DNA of 57,882 bases, from assembly GCA_016288305.1 (NCBI GenBank), contig JAEEYW010000001.1, forward strand, positions 1 through 57,882, read 5' to 3'. Origin of the DNA: Bacillales bacterium (GTDB lineage: Bacteria; Bacillota_I; Bacilli_A; RF39; UBA660). The stretch's first letter is position 1; each line of letters begins with the position of its first letter. Positions 9,319-18,725 of the stretch are shown here, piece after piece. The position numbers and the translations under genes are program-made. The notes beneath the pieces were generated by a model. It worked only from the letters and a program-made list of their open reading frames with translations, did not search any database and was not told the origin of the DNA.

Positions 9319-12257
9319 TTTATGTCCTCTAATTTAACACTTACAAGTTTACTAACACCAGATTCTTGCATTGTAATACCATATAAAGTATCAACATATT
9401 CCATTGTTTTCTTCTTGTGTGTAATGATAATGAATTGTGTCTTATCTTTTAAGCCTTGAACATATTTACCAAATGAATCAACGTTAACATCATCTAAAGC
9501 TGCTTCTACCTCATCCAAAACACAGAAAGGAACTGGTTTAGATTTAAGTATAGCAAACAATAAACTAATAGCTGTAAAAGTCTTTTCCCCACCAGATAAT
9601 AATGATATAGTGGTTAATTTTTTACCAGGAGGACATGCTACAATTTCAATGCCTGTCTCTAATATATTATCAGGATCAGTAAGTTTTAAATCGGCAGATC
9701 CACCTTTAAATAATTCTTTAAATGTTGTAACAAAGTTTTCTTTAATAACTTTAAATGTTTTATTAAAATCATTAATCATAACTTTATCCATTTCATCAAT
9801 AATATCTAATAAAGTTGTTTCAGCTTTAGTTAAATCCTCTTTTTGTGTTGTTAAAAATTGATATCTTGTATTCACTTTATCAAACTCTTCGATAGCATCC
9901 AAGTTAACATTACCAATTTCTTTAATTTGTCTTTTCAAATTATTAACCTTATTACGCGCTACATTTTCATCTAATTCTAATTTATATTTGTTAATAGCGT
10001 CTTCATAAGTTAAACTATAGTTTTCGGACAATGTATTAAGTAAATTATCTAACTTAACATCTTTTCTATTAACATCTATTTCTAATTGCCTTAATTCATT
10101 ATTCTTTTCATTAAATAATGTATTATCCTTTTTAATTGATAATTCATAATCAGATAAACTGCTATTTAAGTCATCTCTTTCTTTAAATAAAGCATTAATA
10201 CTGTTTTCTAATAAATTCTTATTATTAACTTCATCATAGTACTTACTTAACACTTCTTGTTCCTCATCATTTAAAGTGTTGTTGATGACATTATTAGTAC
10301 TAGTAATATCAATACTATTTAATTTAATAGTCTCCTCTATTTCAGCTAAAGATTTACGATAATTTTCATATAATACTTCTTGATCTAATTTTTCTTTATT
10401 GATTAAATATAATTTATCCTCTTTAGCTCGATAATCATTATCAATTTGATTTATTTTTTCCTCAATTAATTTAATTTCTTCAACAACTTTATTAGCTGTT
10501 TTAATTAAATTTTCAAGTTCATATTTTTCTAAAATAATGTTACGTGATTTAATAACATTACCACCTGTTAAAGATCCTCCAACATTCACTAAAGAACCAT
10601 CTAATGTAACAATACGATATTTATGATCAATTATTTTAGCTATTTTATTAGCGTCATCCAAATTATCAGCTACTATAGCATTACCTAATTGATTTAATAT
10701 AATATCACTATATATTTTGTTGTATTGAATTAAATCACTAGCCACGCCTATATAACCAGGAACATTTATTTTATCGATTGTTGAACTATCAATATATCTA
10801 GCTTTAATAACATTTAAAGGAAAGAATGTGGCTCTACCAATATTGTTATTTTTTAAATAATTGATAGCTTCTTTAGCATCTTTTTCCGTATCAACGACGA
10901 TATTGGAACTTGATACCGATAAAACCGTTGATATGGCTAAAGCATATTTTTCTGGTACTTCAAATAAATTACCAATGATATCATGAATTCCTGTTAATTT
11001 AGGATTTTCTAAAACCATTTTGACAGCATATGGTAAACTACTATTATTATCAATACTGTATTTTAAAGATTCAACTTTTAAATTTAAATTATTTTCCTCT
11101 TTTAATTTATTGCTTAATTCCATTGATAAATTATTTTTATTAGTTTTAATTTCATTTAATTCACCAGTTGCTATAGTAACTTTCTCTTTTAATTTATTAA
11201 TCTGTAAAGATAACTCATCAATATTATTCTTTAATAAACTGTGCTCATTATTTAATTTTAATTCTTTTTCTTTTAAAACAATTAAATTATCATGTAGTTT
11301 GCTATCTTCAACTTTATATTTTTGACGTTCTAAAATAATTGTTTTTCGTGAATTTAATTGTTCAACATTTTTAGTTAAATCAAGTAATTCTTCTTGTTTC
11401 TTTTTAATTTCTAAATCAATATTACTTATTTTATTTTTAAATTCTAAAACTTTACTTTCCCCAATACTGTTATTGGTACTTAATTTTGAAATTTCATCTT
11501 CAAGTTCTGTAATACGATTCTTATTTTGTTGATATTCAAAATTAATATTTGTTATATCATGCGCTATTAAAGAAACTTCAATACTTTCTAGTTCCCCACT
11601 AACTTGTTTGTAAGCTAAAGCTTTATCTCTTTGTTCAGATAAACTATCAACTTGTGTTTCCAATTCAGCTATAATATCGTTAACACGATTCATATTATCA
11701 TGTGTTTTATCTAGTTTTCTTAAAGCTTCTTCTTTTCTTCTTTTGTATTTTAAAACACCTGCAGCCTCTTCAAAAATAATTCTTCTATCTTCAGGTTTAT
11801 TAGATAATATTTCTTCTATTTTACCTTGTGAGATAATATTAAAACTTTCTTTAGCAATACCTGAATCTAATAATATATTGACAACATCTTTTAAACGAAC
11901 TTTTTCCTCGTTAATAAAATATTCATTAGTACCATCTTTATATACTCTTCTTTTTAATGCAACCTCATTGTAATCAAGAGGTAGATAGTGATCAGCATTA
12001 TCTAGTACTAAAGTTACAGAGGCAATTGAAGCAGCATTTCGTGAATTACTTCCTGAAAATATAACATCTGTCATATTTCCTTCGCCACGTAAAGACTTAA
12101 CAGATTGTTCACCTAAAACCCATCTAATGGCATCGACAACATTACTTTTACCACTACCATTAGGGCCAACAATACCTGTTATATTATTACCTAATTCAAT
12201 TAAAGTTTTATCTGCAAAAGATTTGAAACCTTGCGCCCTAATCTCTTTTAAATACAT
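9315..12257 (-). CDS. smc: Chromosome segregation protein SMC (short 980-aa form)
   Basis: N-terminal Walker A GPNGSGKSN, long coiled coils, a central hinge, C-terminal signature LSGGEK and Walker B CVLDEVEAALD. Confidence 0.95.
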   Translation of the reverse strand: MYLKEIRAQGFKSFADKTLIELGNNITGIVGPNGSGKSNVVDAIRWVLGEQSVKSLRGEGNMTDVIFSGSNSRNAASIASVTLVLDNADHYLPLDYNEVALKRRVYKDGTNEYFINEEKVRLKDVVNILLDSGIAKESFNIISQGKIEEILSNKPEDRRIIFEEAAGVLKYKRRKEEALRKLDKTHDNMNRVNDIIAELETQVDSLSEQRDKALAYKQVSGELESIEVSLIAHDITNINFEYQQNKNRITELEDEISKLSTNNSIGESKVLEFKNKISNIDLEIKKKQEELLDLTKNVEQLNSRKTIILERQKYKVEDSKLHDNLIVLKEKELKLNNEHSLLKNNIDELSLQINKLKEKVTIATGELNEIKTNKNNLSMELSNKLKEENNLNLKVESLKYSIDNNSSLPYAVKMVLENPKLTGIHDIIGNLFEVPEKYALAISTVLSVSSSNIVVDTEKDAKEAINYLKNNNIGRATFFPLNVIKARYIDSSTIDKINVPGYIGVASDLIQYNKIYSDIILNQLGNAIVADNLDDANKIAKIIDHKYRIVTLDGSLVNVGGSLTGGNVIKSRNIILEKYELENLIKTANKVVEEIKLIEEKINQIDNDYRAKEDKLYLINKEKLDQEVLYENYRKSLAEIEETIKLNSIDITSTNNVINNTLNDEEQEVLSKYYDEVNNKNLLENSINALFKERDDLNSSLSDYELSIKKDNTLFNEKNNELRQLEIDVNRKDVKLDNLLNTLSENYSLTYEDAINKYKLELDENVARNKVNNLKRQIKEIGNVNLDAIEEFDKVNTRYQFLTTQKEDLTKAETTLLDIIDEMDKVMINDFNKTFKVIKENFVTTFKELFKGGSADLKLTDPDNILETGIEIVACPPGKKLTTISLLSGGEKTFTAISLLFAILKSKPVPFCVLDEVEAALDDVNVDSFGKYVQGLKDKTQFIIITHKKKTMEYVDTLYGITMQESGVSKLVSVKLEDIK

Positions 12258-12268
12258 CTTTTCACCGC

Positions 12269-13066
12269 CTAATTTACAACAACTTTTCTATGCTTTATAA
12301 CAATATTACCAGAAGCATCTTCGGCTGTATATTCAACTGAATGTGTTCCTTTAACAGCTGGGAAAGTCTTTTTATATGTAATTGTAGGAGCTACACCACT
12401 ATTATCTGTTGCTGTAACACCAGTTAAATAATTATAAGTATTAACTTGTGATAAGGAAATAGTTAAATCAGAAAATGATAAAACAGGAGCTGTCGTATCA
12501 ACTACCACTACATTTTTAATACCTTTATTACAATAACCATTTTTAGTAGCTGTATATGTTATATAATTAGTACCTAATTGATTAGTATTAACACTTCCTG
12601 AACTTGTAACACTAACATCTGATACAGCTTTAACATCTGTATAAGTTGTCTTTATTTCAACAAAAACAACATCATCAAAAGTTAATTTAGGTATTTGACT
12701 ATAATCACCTGTACAACTACCAGTGCTGTCAATTTCATAACTTAAAACACCATCTGTACTTTTTACTTTCAATACTATATCATTAGCTAAATTAACTTTC
12801 GTATTAGGATTTTTAATATCACTGTCTACTAAGCCTTCATTTTTCAATTGTGACAAAGTGATATGATATTCCATACCTTCTAAAGGATTATGTGAAGAAG
12901 CCCACAAAGATAAAGAATTTTTAAGCATATCATTTTGTTTTAAAATAGCCTTTTCTTTAGCATTCTTTAAACTCTGTGTTATTAAAACGCCTGTAATTAA
13001 AAAAATAACTGATAGTAAAGCTATAACACCCAACAATTCAACTAAAGTATATCCCTTTTTCATCAT
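12269..13066 (-). CDS. Modular pseudopilin: prepilin-type N-terminus plus C-terminal Ig-like (DUF5011/HYR-like) module
   Basis: MMKKG|YTLVELLGVIALLSVIFLI (Gly at -1, Glu at +5, hydrophobic helix). The C-terminus TAPVLSF...VTATDNSG...GTHSVEYTAEDASGN...KVVV matches the Ig-like module repeated in the giant pilin. The GGGGTGA RBS lies inside the end of the upstream ORF. The start could be 13066 or 13063. Confidence 0.8.
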   Translation of the reverse strand: MMKKGYTLVELLGVIALLSVIFLITGVLITQSLKNAKEKAILKQNDMLKNSLSLWASSHNPLEGMEYHITLSQLKNEGLVDSDIKNPNTKVNLANDIVLKVKSTDGVLSYEIDSTGSCTGDYSQIPKLTFDDVVFVEIKTTYTDVKAVSDVSVTSSGSVNTNQLGTNYITYTATKNGYCNKGIKNVVVVDTTAPVLSFSDLTISLSQVNTYNYLTGVTATDNSGVAPTITYKKTFPAVKGTHSVEYTAEDASGNIVIKHRKVVVN

Positions 13067-13068
13067 AT

Positions 13069-13596
13069 TCACCCCATTAATACATCGCCAATAAGTTCAA
13101 TAACATTACTTATAGCATCAACAACTCGATATAATTTATCTTTTATAAAATGATTTTTAGCGTTCTTTATATTTATTCTTACTATTTTAGAATCTTTATA
13201 TTTTTTTATTTCAATTTCTGTATCATAACGTTGATATTTTTTAGTAATCAAATCACAATCTACATCACCGTAAAAATATATTTCGTTATTGCCTAAATAA
13301 ATAGAATCACTAACAAACGTATTTAGATATTTAGATATATGCTCATAATTACATAAAATATAATCTATACTTTTTTTGTTATATATTTTTTTTAATTTTT
13401 TGATTTTTATCTGTTTTAATCTTTTTCTAGGACCAGTTGCATCTATTTTAATATTCATTGAACTTAAATTGTCGCACTGAACAATTTTGCTATTCTTTTC
13501 TATTTTTAAAGCTAATTTTTCATCTATACCAATTGATAGTAAATTACCAGACATTTCACTAATAATTTCATATAAACTTTTATACATTTTCAACAC
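13069..13596 (-). CDS. Hypothetical cytoplasmic protein (175 aa)
   Basis: Intact ORF overlapping tcdA by 17 nt and ending 2-5 nt before the pilin start. No motif recognised. Confidence 0.45.
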   Translation of the reverse strand: MLKMYKSLYEIISEMSGNLLSIGIDEKLALKIEKNSKIVQCDNLSSMNIKIDATGPRKRLKQIKIKKLKKIYNKKSIDYILCNYEHISKYLNTFVSDSIYLGNNEIYFYGDVDCDLITKKYQRYDTEIEIKKYKDSKIVRINIKNAKNHFIKDKLYRVVDAISNVIELIGDVLMG

Positions 13597-14269
13597 CTTC
13601 TAATATATCGTTAATAACATAATTTGTACATAATATACCAGCTTGCGCTGTTACATAAGATATAGAACCAAGCTTATCGATTTTTTTAGGTGGTTCAGTA
13701 CTTGTTACAACTCTAATCTTACCTTTAACATTTTCTTTTTTTAATATTGTACGTAGCTTTTTAGCTAAAGGGTCATAAGATGTTTTATCCAATGTAGTTA
13801 TGGCTATTTTTGTAGCATCTAATCGCTTAGCCATACCCATTGATGATATAAACTTAATCTTGTTTTTTAAACAATACTTTATGATTCCAACCTTAGTTTC
13901 AACTGTATCACAACAATCAATAACATAATCAGGATGATATTGGAATAATAAATTTAAATTATCCTTTGTTATAAATTCTGTTATTTTAACAACATCACAA
14001 TCAGGATTAATACTTTTAATTCTTTTTTCAAAAGCATCTGTTTTATACTCTCCTACATTATTAATATTTGTCATCAATTGCCTATTTAGATTAGATATAT
14101 CAATTTTATCGCCATCAACGATAATTAGTTTCTTGAAATATGTGCGCGCTAAAGTCTCTAAGCAATAACTACCAACGCCACCTAAACCGATGATTAAAAT
14201 AACTTTATTTTGTAAATAATCCAAATTTTTATCGAGTAAACAATATAACCTATCCTGCATAGTATCCAC
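13580..14269 (-). CDS. tcdA: tRNA threonylcarbamoyladenosine dehydratase (ThiF/MoeB-family, TcdA-like)
   Basis: Rossmann motif VILIIGLGGVGSY, DGDKIDISNLNRQ, about 230 aa. Confidence 0.75.
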   Translation of the reverse strand: MDTMQDRLYCLLDKNLDYLQNKVILIIGLGGVGSYCLETLARTYFKKLIIVDGDKIDISNLNRQLMTNINNVGEYKTDAFEKRIKSINPDCDVVKITEFITKDNLNLLFQYHPDYVIDCCDTVETKVGIIKYCLKNKIKFISSMGMAKRLDATKIAITTLDKTSYDPLAKKLRTILKKENVKGKIRVVTSTEPPKKIDKLGSISYVTAQAGILCTNYVINDILEGVENV

Positions 14270-14330
14270 CTTTTAAATTATACCTAAAAAAACCTTAAAA
14301 GTCAAAGAATATTATATGTTTTTATGCATA

Positions 14331-14357
14331 TAAAAAAATGAAGAATTTATCTTCATT
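14331..14357 (-). terminator. Rho-independent terminator of ylbL
   Basis: AATGAAGA/TCTTCATT stem overlapping the stop codon, followed by a T-run on the minus strand. Confidence 0.55.
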
Positions 14358-15354
14358 TCGTATAGTTCTTTAAATAATCAATAGCTTCATCGATATGTTC
14401 AATCTTGATAACATTTATTTTCAACTTACTATCCTTAACAACTTTCATAGCTTCATCATAATTGTCAACTGGTACAAAAAAGATATCGGCCTTTTCTTTA
14501 GCAGCTCCCTTTATCTTATATTTTATGCCTCCAATAGCTCCGACATTACCTTCTTCATCAATAGTACCTGTGCCAACTATCTTCATACCTTTAGTTATAT
14601 CTTCTTCTGTTAAATAATTATATAGCGATAATGCCATCATAAACCCACCTGAAGGTCCTGATTCGGTATCCTTAAATTTAAATTTAACATCTAATGATGT
14701 ATCAACATCCTTAGCTTCAGATAGTATAATTCCTACTAGTTTCTCACCATTAATATCAACTTTATAAGCATAACGTTCATGTTCACCATTATTTAATACT
14801 TTGAATTCAATTTTACCATCAATGTTTTTTATTAAATCTAATAATTGATTTTTATCCGTAATTTGTATACCATTAACCTCTTTAATTTCATCGCCAATTT
14901 GTAAGTCAGTATTACTATTCTCATCAATATAAATAACAATCAATTTACGATTGGTAACCATAACATAATTATTTGTTTTATTAAAAGCCACTATTGTAGC
15001 ATTCGCATTAGCTTCATCTAATAAAATATGATTACGGTAATCAACCTCTTCTTTGGTATTGTGATCTAAAATATCTTCTTTTTTATATATATCCCAATCT
15101 TTATTAAAACTAGCATATATATAAGTTGGTAATGAAGCTTTAAAAGATGTAACATACGCCAAATTAAAACTGCCTGAAACATCATATGATTTTTCAACTT
15201 CAACCTTATCATTTACATTTAAAACTCCACCTGGACATTCTATGTAAAATGGTAATTTAACAGTAAATAAAGCTACAATAACAACTAAAAAAATAATAAA
15301 CTTATAATTTTCTTTTATTAATGTTTTAATTGCATCATATAATTTATTAAACAT
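14353..15354 (-). CDS. ylbL: PDZ domain plus Lon-like S16 protease-domain membrane protein (YlbL/SepM family)
   Basis: N-terminal TM segment, a PDZ-like segment (GDEIKEVNG) and a Lon C-terminal-like segment (GPSGGFMMALSLY, GTGTIDEEGNVGAIGGI..K). Confidence 0.75.
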   Translation of the reverse strand: MFNKLYDAIKTLIKENYKFIIFLVVIVALFTVKLPFYIECPGGVLNVNDKVEVEKSYDVSGSFNLAYVTSFKASLPTYIYASFNKDWDIYKKEDILDHNTKEEVDYRNHILLDEANANATIVAFNKTNNYVMVTNRKLIVIYIDENSNTDLQIGDEIKEVNGIQITDKNQLLDLIKNIDGKIEFKVLNNGEHERYAYKVDINGEKLVGIILSEAKDVDTSLDVKFKFKDTESGPSGGFMMALSLYNYLTEEDITKGMKIVGTGTIDEEGNVGAIGGIKYKIKGAAKEKADIFFVPVDNYDEAMKVVKDSKLKINVIKIEHIDEAIDYLKNYTK

Positions 15355-15385
15355 ATTGACCTCCTATTAATTGTAAGAAAATGAG

Positions 15386-16312
15386 ATGAAATTTATGAAA
15401 AAAATATTTAATTTATTTATTATATTTGTATTAATATTCTTTGCAATTGCCATAATTGGTAATGCTGAAAGCGTGATAAGCACTGTAAAATATTCCTTTC
15501 AAATATGGATTAATAATTTATTTCCCGCTCTATTTCCTTTTTTTATCATATCAGAATTATTAGTTAATTATGGTTTTGTCGAAATATTAAGTAACTTATT
15601 TAAACCACTATTTAATAAAATATTTAAAATTAATAGTGCCACAGCATTTATTTTTTTTATGAGTTTACTATCCGGTCTACCAAGTAATAGTAAATATGCA
15701 AGGCAATTATACTTAGAAAACAAAATCGATGAACACGAGGCATCTAAAATACTAATGTTTTCACATTTTGCTAACCCCTTATTCATTCTAGGTACGATTG
15801 GTATTACATTTTTAAATGATAAACACTTAGGTTACATAGTTATGATATCACATTATCTAGGTAACATTATCATAGGTCTAATTTTTAGAAATTTTCATAA
15901 ATCAAATGCCAATTGTAATATAGAACATATTAATCATAAACCACTAGGTTTAATTATGTCTGAAAGCATTACACACGCAATTGATACTTTGTTACTAGTA
16001 TTAGGTGTAACCACAACGTTTCTAGTCATAACAGCCATTATTTTCAACAACATTGATATGCCTATATATTTAAAAACATTTATAAGCGGTATCCTTGAGA
16101 TGACTCAAGGATTAAAATATGTTAGCGACTTAAACATTTTAAACAAATATAAAGCCGTTATAATAACGGCTATAATATCCTTTGGTGGTTTATCAGTCCA
16201 TCTACAAACTTTAAGTATTATAAGTGACACTAAAATCAAATATCTTCCTTTTTTAATATCACGTATCATACATAGCATTATTTCATCAATTATTTGTTAC
16301 ATATTAGTTTAA
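15386..16312 (+). CDS. ylbJ: Sporulation integral membrane protein YlbJ-like (nucleoside-recognition/Gate domain)
   Basis: Polytopic membrane protein of 308 aa, divergent from ylbL as in Bacillus. Family assigned by eye. Confidence 0.6.
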   Translation: MKFMKKIFNLFIIFVLIFFAIAIIGNAESVISTVKYSFQIWINNLFPALFPFFIISELLVNYGFVEILSNLFKPLFNKIFKINSATAFIFFMSLLSGLPSNSKYARQLYLENKIDEHEASKILMFSHFANPLFILGTIGITFLNDKHLGYIVMISHYLGNIIIGLIFRNFHKSNANCNIEHINHKPLGLIMSESITHAIDTLLLVLGVTTTFLVITAIIFNNIDMPIYLKTFISGILEMTQGLKYVSDLNILNKYKAVIITAIISFGGLSVHLQTLSIISDTKIKYLPFLISRIIHSIISSIICYILV

Positions 16313-16818
16313 AAAGGAAAACTAGTAAGATTAATTACCCTTGTATCAAATTGATAATATATAACAGCATCAAAATTATCTTTTTTTAATGTAGTATTAA
16401 CAATTGGTATACTAATTTTTAATATAGCATTGTTACCATATTCTCTAATACTAGATTCATATACAACATCAAAATTGACTTTCTTGAATGATGTATTTTT
16501 TGGTAAATTAGTTTTAAAGGATCCAAATGTAAGTACATTATTGTTATAATCGATTTTAAACTCATCAGATGAACTATCTGTATAATTAAACTTTAAACAA
16601 TTTGTCCCACAGTTAGATAATGAGACTATTTCTTTTTCATTTAATTGTTTGTTAATATAGTTACTTATTAATGCTTGTTTATTCATAACTTCTGTTTTAA
16701 TTGCACTATTTTGATACATTTTATTTAAATTAATAATAATTTGCGTTAAAAAGATAGCAATAATAGCAACTAATGAAAGAGATGTAATTAATTCCACTAC
16801 CGTAAAACCTTTTTTCAT
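16309..16818 (-). CDS. Short pseudopilin / minor pilin (prepilin-type N-terminus)
   Basis: MKKG|FTVVELITSLSLVAIIAIFL with Glu at +5. AGGAGG RBS. Lies 11 nt downstream of the 599-aa pilin fusion. Confidence 0.8.
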   Translation of the reverse strand: MKKGFTVVELITSLSLVAIIAIFLTQIIINLNKMYQNSAIKTEVMNKQALISNYINKQLNEKEIVSLSNCGTNCLKFNYTDSSSDEFKIDYNNNVLTFGSFKTNLPKNTSFKKVNFDVVYESSIREYGNNAILKISIPIVNTTLKKDNFDAVIYYQFDTRVINLTSFPF

Positions 16819-16829
16819 AATTTACCTCC

Positions 16830-18629
16830 TTAATTTAATCTTATTAAACGAGACCCGACGTCGACAGCACTATAACTAGATGCATAATTCAAATACCAAC
16901 ACCACAAGCCGGCAACACTGTAATTAGCCCAATAACCATCGACAAGCGCTATTCTATTTCCTGAATTTCGATAATAATAATCTGTTACAACATTTGTTCC
17001 TACTTCCGTTGGAAAAGCAAATAAAGGATTATTACTATCATATCCCAGTGTTTTAGGACTACCATCAGTTTGCGCATTTGTATATCCTAAAGCATGATAT
17101 GTTCCATCAAACTTATCTACAGCATAATCATTTTTATCCGTTGATACATATGCTATATTATCTTTAACATTAATACCATCGACAAATTGGTATATATTTC
17201 CGAATATATCTTCCATACCACGATATATCATACTATGTTTGCCATCGTTATTTAATGTTCCTGACTTCATGCCCAAACTATTTGTTTGACCTGAAGCTGT
17301 AGCTGATGAAGCTAAAACACTATTGGTTGTTATATTAACTGCTGCTCCATCAAAATACACAGCTGTTCCTGTTACGCCATTTGCGCTATAACTTTCTTTT
17401 TTCGTTATAGTTCTATTAGCTGCTATACTATTACTCCATACAGAGCCATTTCCTATATTTATCGGTTGACCTACTATAAAGCCATTGGCTGATGTCGTAT
17501 TTATTATAATTCTATTTGCACTATTTTCGGCTACTAATGCTTTACCATCACTACTCATACGATATTGTGTTATACCATTGCCTAGTTTAGATTGAGAATT
17601 ATAATCAGCATATTCTACTAAATATAACATTTGGATTAAATTATAATGATAATCCATTTGGCCAAAATCAGAACCTAGTTTATTTGATTCATTTCTAAAC
17701 CATGTTATATTTTGTTGTACTTTAGGTAAAACACCACTTTTAGAGTGTAATTTGGTATCATAACTTGATGTATACCTTCCTACAGAAAATTGTTCAGATC
17801 TTGTATATCCTTCGATTGGATATTTAGATATTGATTGATATTCATATCCATTTTCTTGCCATCTTTTATAATAGAAAGTTGGTATTCTAGTTAACACATC
17901 ACCATTACTTCCATCAAATTTGAAACTTGGATCGCCATATTCGGCCATTTGTCTACCAGTAGTTGTATCGTAATTATAACTGATAATATCACTCCATGGA
18001 TAAATGTTATCAAAATCATTTGTTACTGTACTACCATTTTTAGTAGCATTAGCTACTTTACCAACAGCATCGTCATATCTTTCCCATGCTGATGATGTTG
18101 AAGTAAGTAGTCTTCTAACTGTATATTTTTTAGGTGTAAAAGAACCTAACTTTATTGTGGCATAAGTACCATCAAATTCAGCTATTAGGCGATATTTATC
18201 ATTTTTATTACTCGAAATAGTCTTAATGTATGTACGTAAACCTTGTGATATATCATTTTTATTTTTAATTTCATTATTAAGGTCATAAGTATCTTCATGA
18301 GTTAGAATAAGTTTTTTAATACCTGTTGTTTCAAGTAAAGCGCGACAATAATGATATTCGATAAAATAATTAGAAGGACAACCTGTTATATCAATATATG
18401 ATTCATTATCCAAAGCATCAGTCATCTTATAAAAATCATCATTCATTATCATTTTTTTAACATTGTTAAGTGCATATATGTCATTAACATTGTTATAAGT
18501 AACTGATCTTTCATAACTATTATTAAGTGAAATAAATTGAAGATATATTATTAATAAAGCTGCAATAACAACAGTCGAAACAACTATTGTTTCAGCCATA
18601 ATAAACCCTTTATCCCAACTTTTTTTCAT
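16830..18629 (-). CDS. Modular pilin: prepilin-type N-terminus fused to a lectin-like module (paralogue of 42180-43619)
   Basis: MKKSWDKG|FIMAETIVVSTVVIAALLIIY (Glu at +5). From about residue 169 it aligns with the 479-aa ORF (SAWERYDDAVGKVANATK, GDVLTRIPTFYYKRW, LGMKSGTLNNDGKHSMIYRGMEDIFGNIYQFVDGIN). Confidence 0.8.
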   Translation of the reverse strand: MKKSWDKGFIMAETIVVSTVVIAALLIIYLQFISLNNSYERSVTYNNVNDIYALNNVKKMIMNDDFYKMTDALDNESYIDITGCPSNYFIEYHYCRALLETTGIKKLILTHEDTYDLNNEIKNKNDISQGLRTYIKTISSNKNDKYRLIAEFDGTYATIKLGSFTPKKYTVRRLLTSTSSAWERYDDAVGKVANATKNGSTVTNDFDNIYPWSDIISYNYDTTTGRQMAEYGDPSFKFDGSNGDVLTRIPTFYYKRWQENGYEYQSISKYPIEGYTRSEQFSVGRYTSSYDTKLHSKSGVLPKVQQNITWFRNESNKLGSDFGQMDYHYNLIQMLYLVEYADYNSQSKLGNGITQYRMSSDGKALVAENSANRIIINTTSANGFIVGQPINIGNGSVWSNSIAANRTITKKESYSANGVTGTAVYFDGAAVNITTNSVLASSATASGQTNSLGMKSGTLNNDGKHSMIYRGMEDIFGNIYQFVDGINVKDNIAYVSTDKNDYAVDKFDGTYHALGYTNAQTDGSPKTLGYDSNNPLFAFPTEVGTNVVTDYYYRNSGNRIALVDGYWANYSVAGLWCWYLNYASSYSAVDVGSRLIRLN

Positions 18630-18647
18630 AAAATCGCCCCTTTAGTG

Positions 18648-18676
18648 TTGAAATTATCATAAATATATTATATAAT
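18648..18676 (+). promoter_or_regulatory. Sigma-A-type promoter of the pilus ATPase gene
   Basis: TTGAAA (18648-18653), a 17-nt spacer, then TATAAT (18671-18676). AAGGGG RBS before the ATG at 18726. Confidence 0.55.
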
Positions 18677-18725
18677 AATTTTGAAATAAAAACTAGTCCT
18701 AAAAGATACAAAAGGGGTTGAAATT

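Noticed and set aside
9610-11973. Plus-strand ORFs inside smc (9610-9861, 11020-11325, 11743-11973). Similar shadow ORFs occur in rarA, mnmA, ABC-F, rseP, miaB, gatA and gatB.
   Set aside because: These are low-complexity antisense frames within confidently identified genes, typical of AT-rich DNA.
16830-17000. A diversity-generating retroelement acting on the CLec-like C-terminal tips of the two pilin-lectin paralogues.
   Set aside because: There is no reverse transcriptase ORF and no non-coding template-repeat copy in the window. The two tips also differ in length and at all base types, not only at adenine-templated positions. This can only be fully excluded genome-wide.
16830-18629. A prophage tail-fibre or receptor-binding gene, suggested by the RBP-like motifs.
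   Set aside because: Both copies start with prepilin signals and are flanked by housekeeping genes. No capsid, terminase, portal, tape-measure or lysis genes are nearby.
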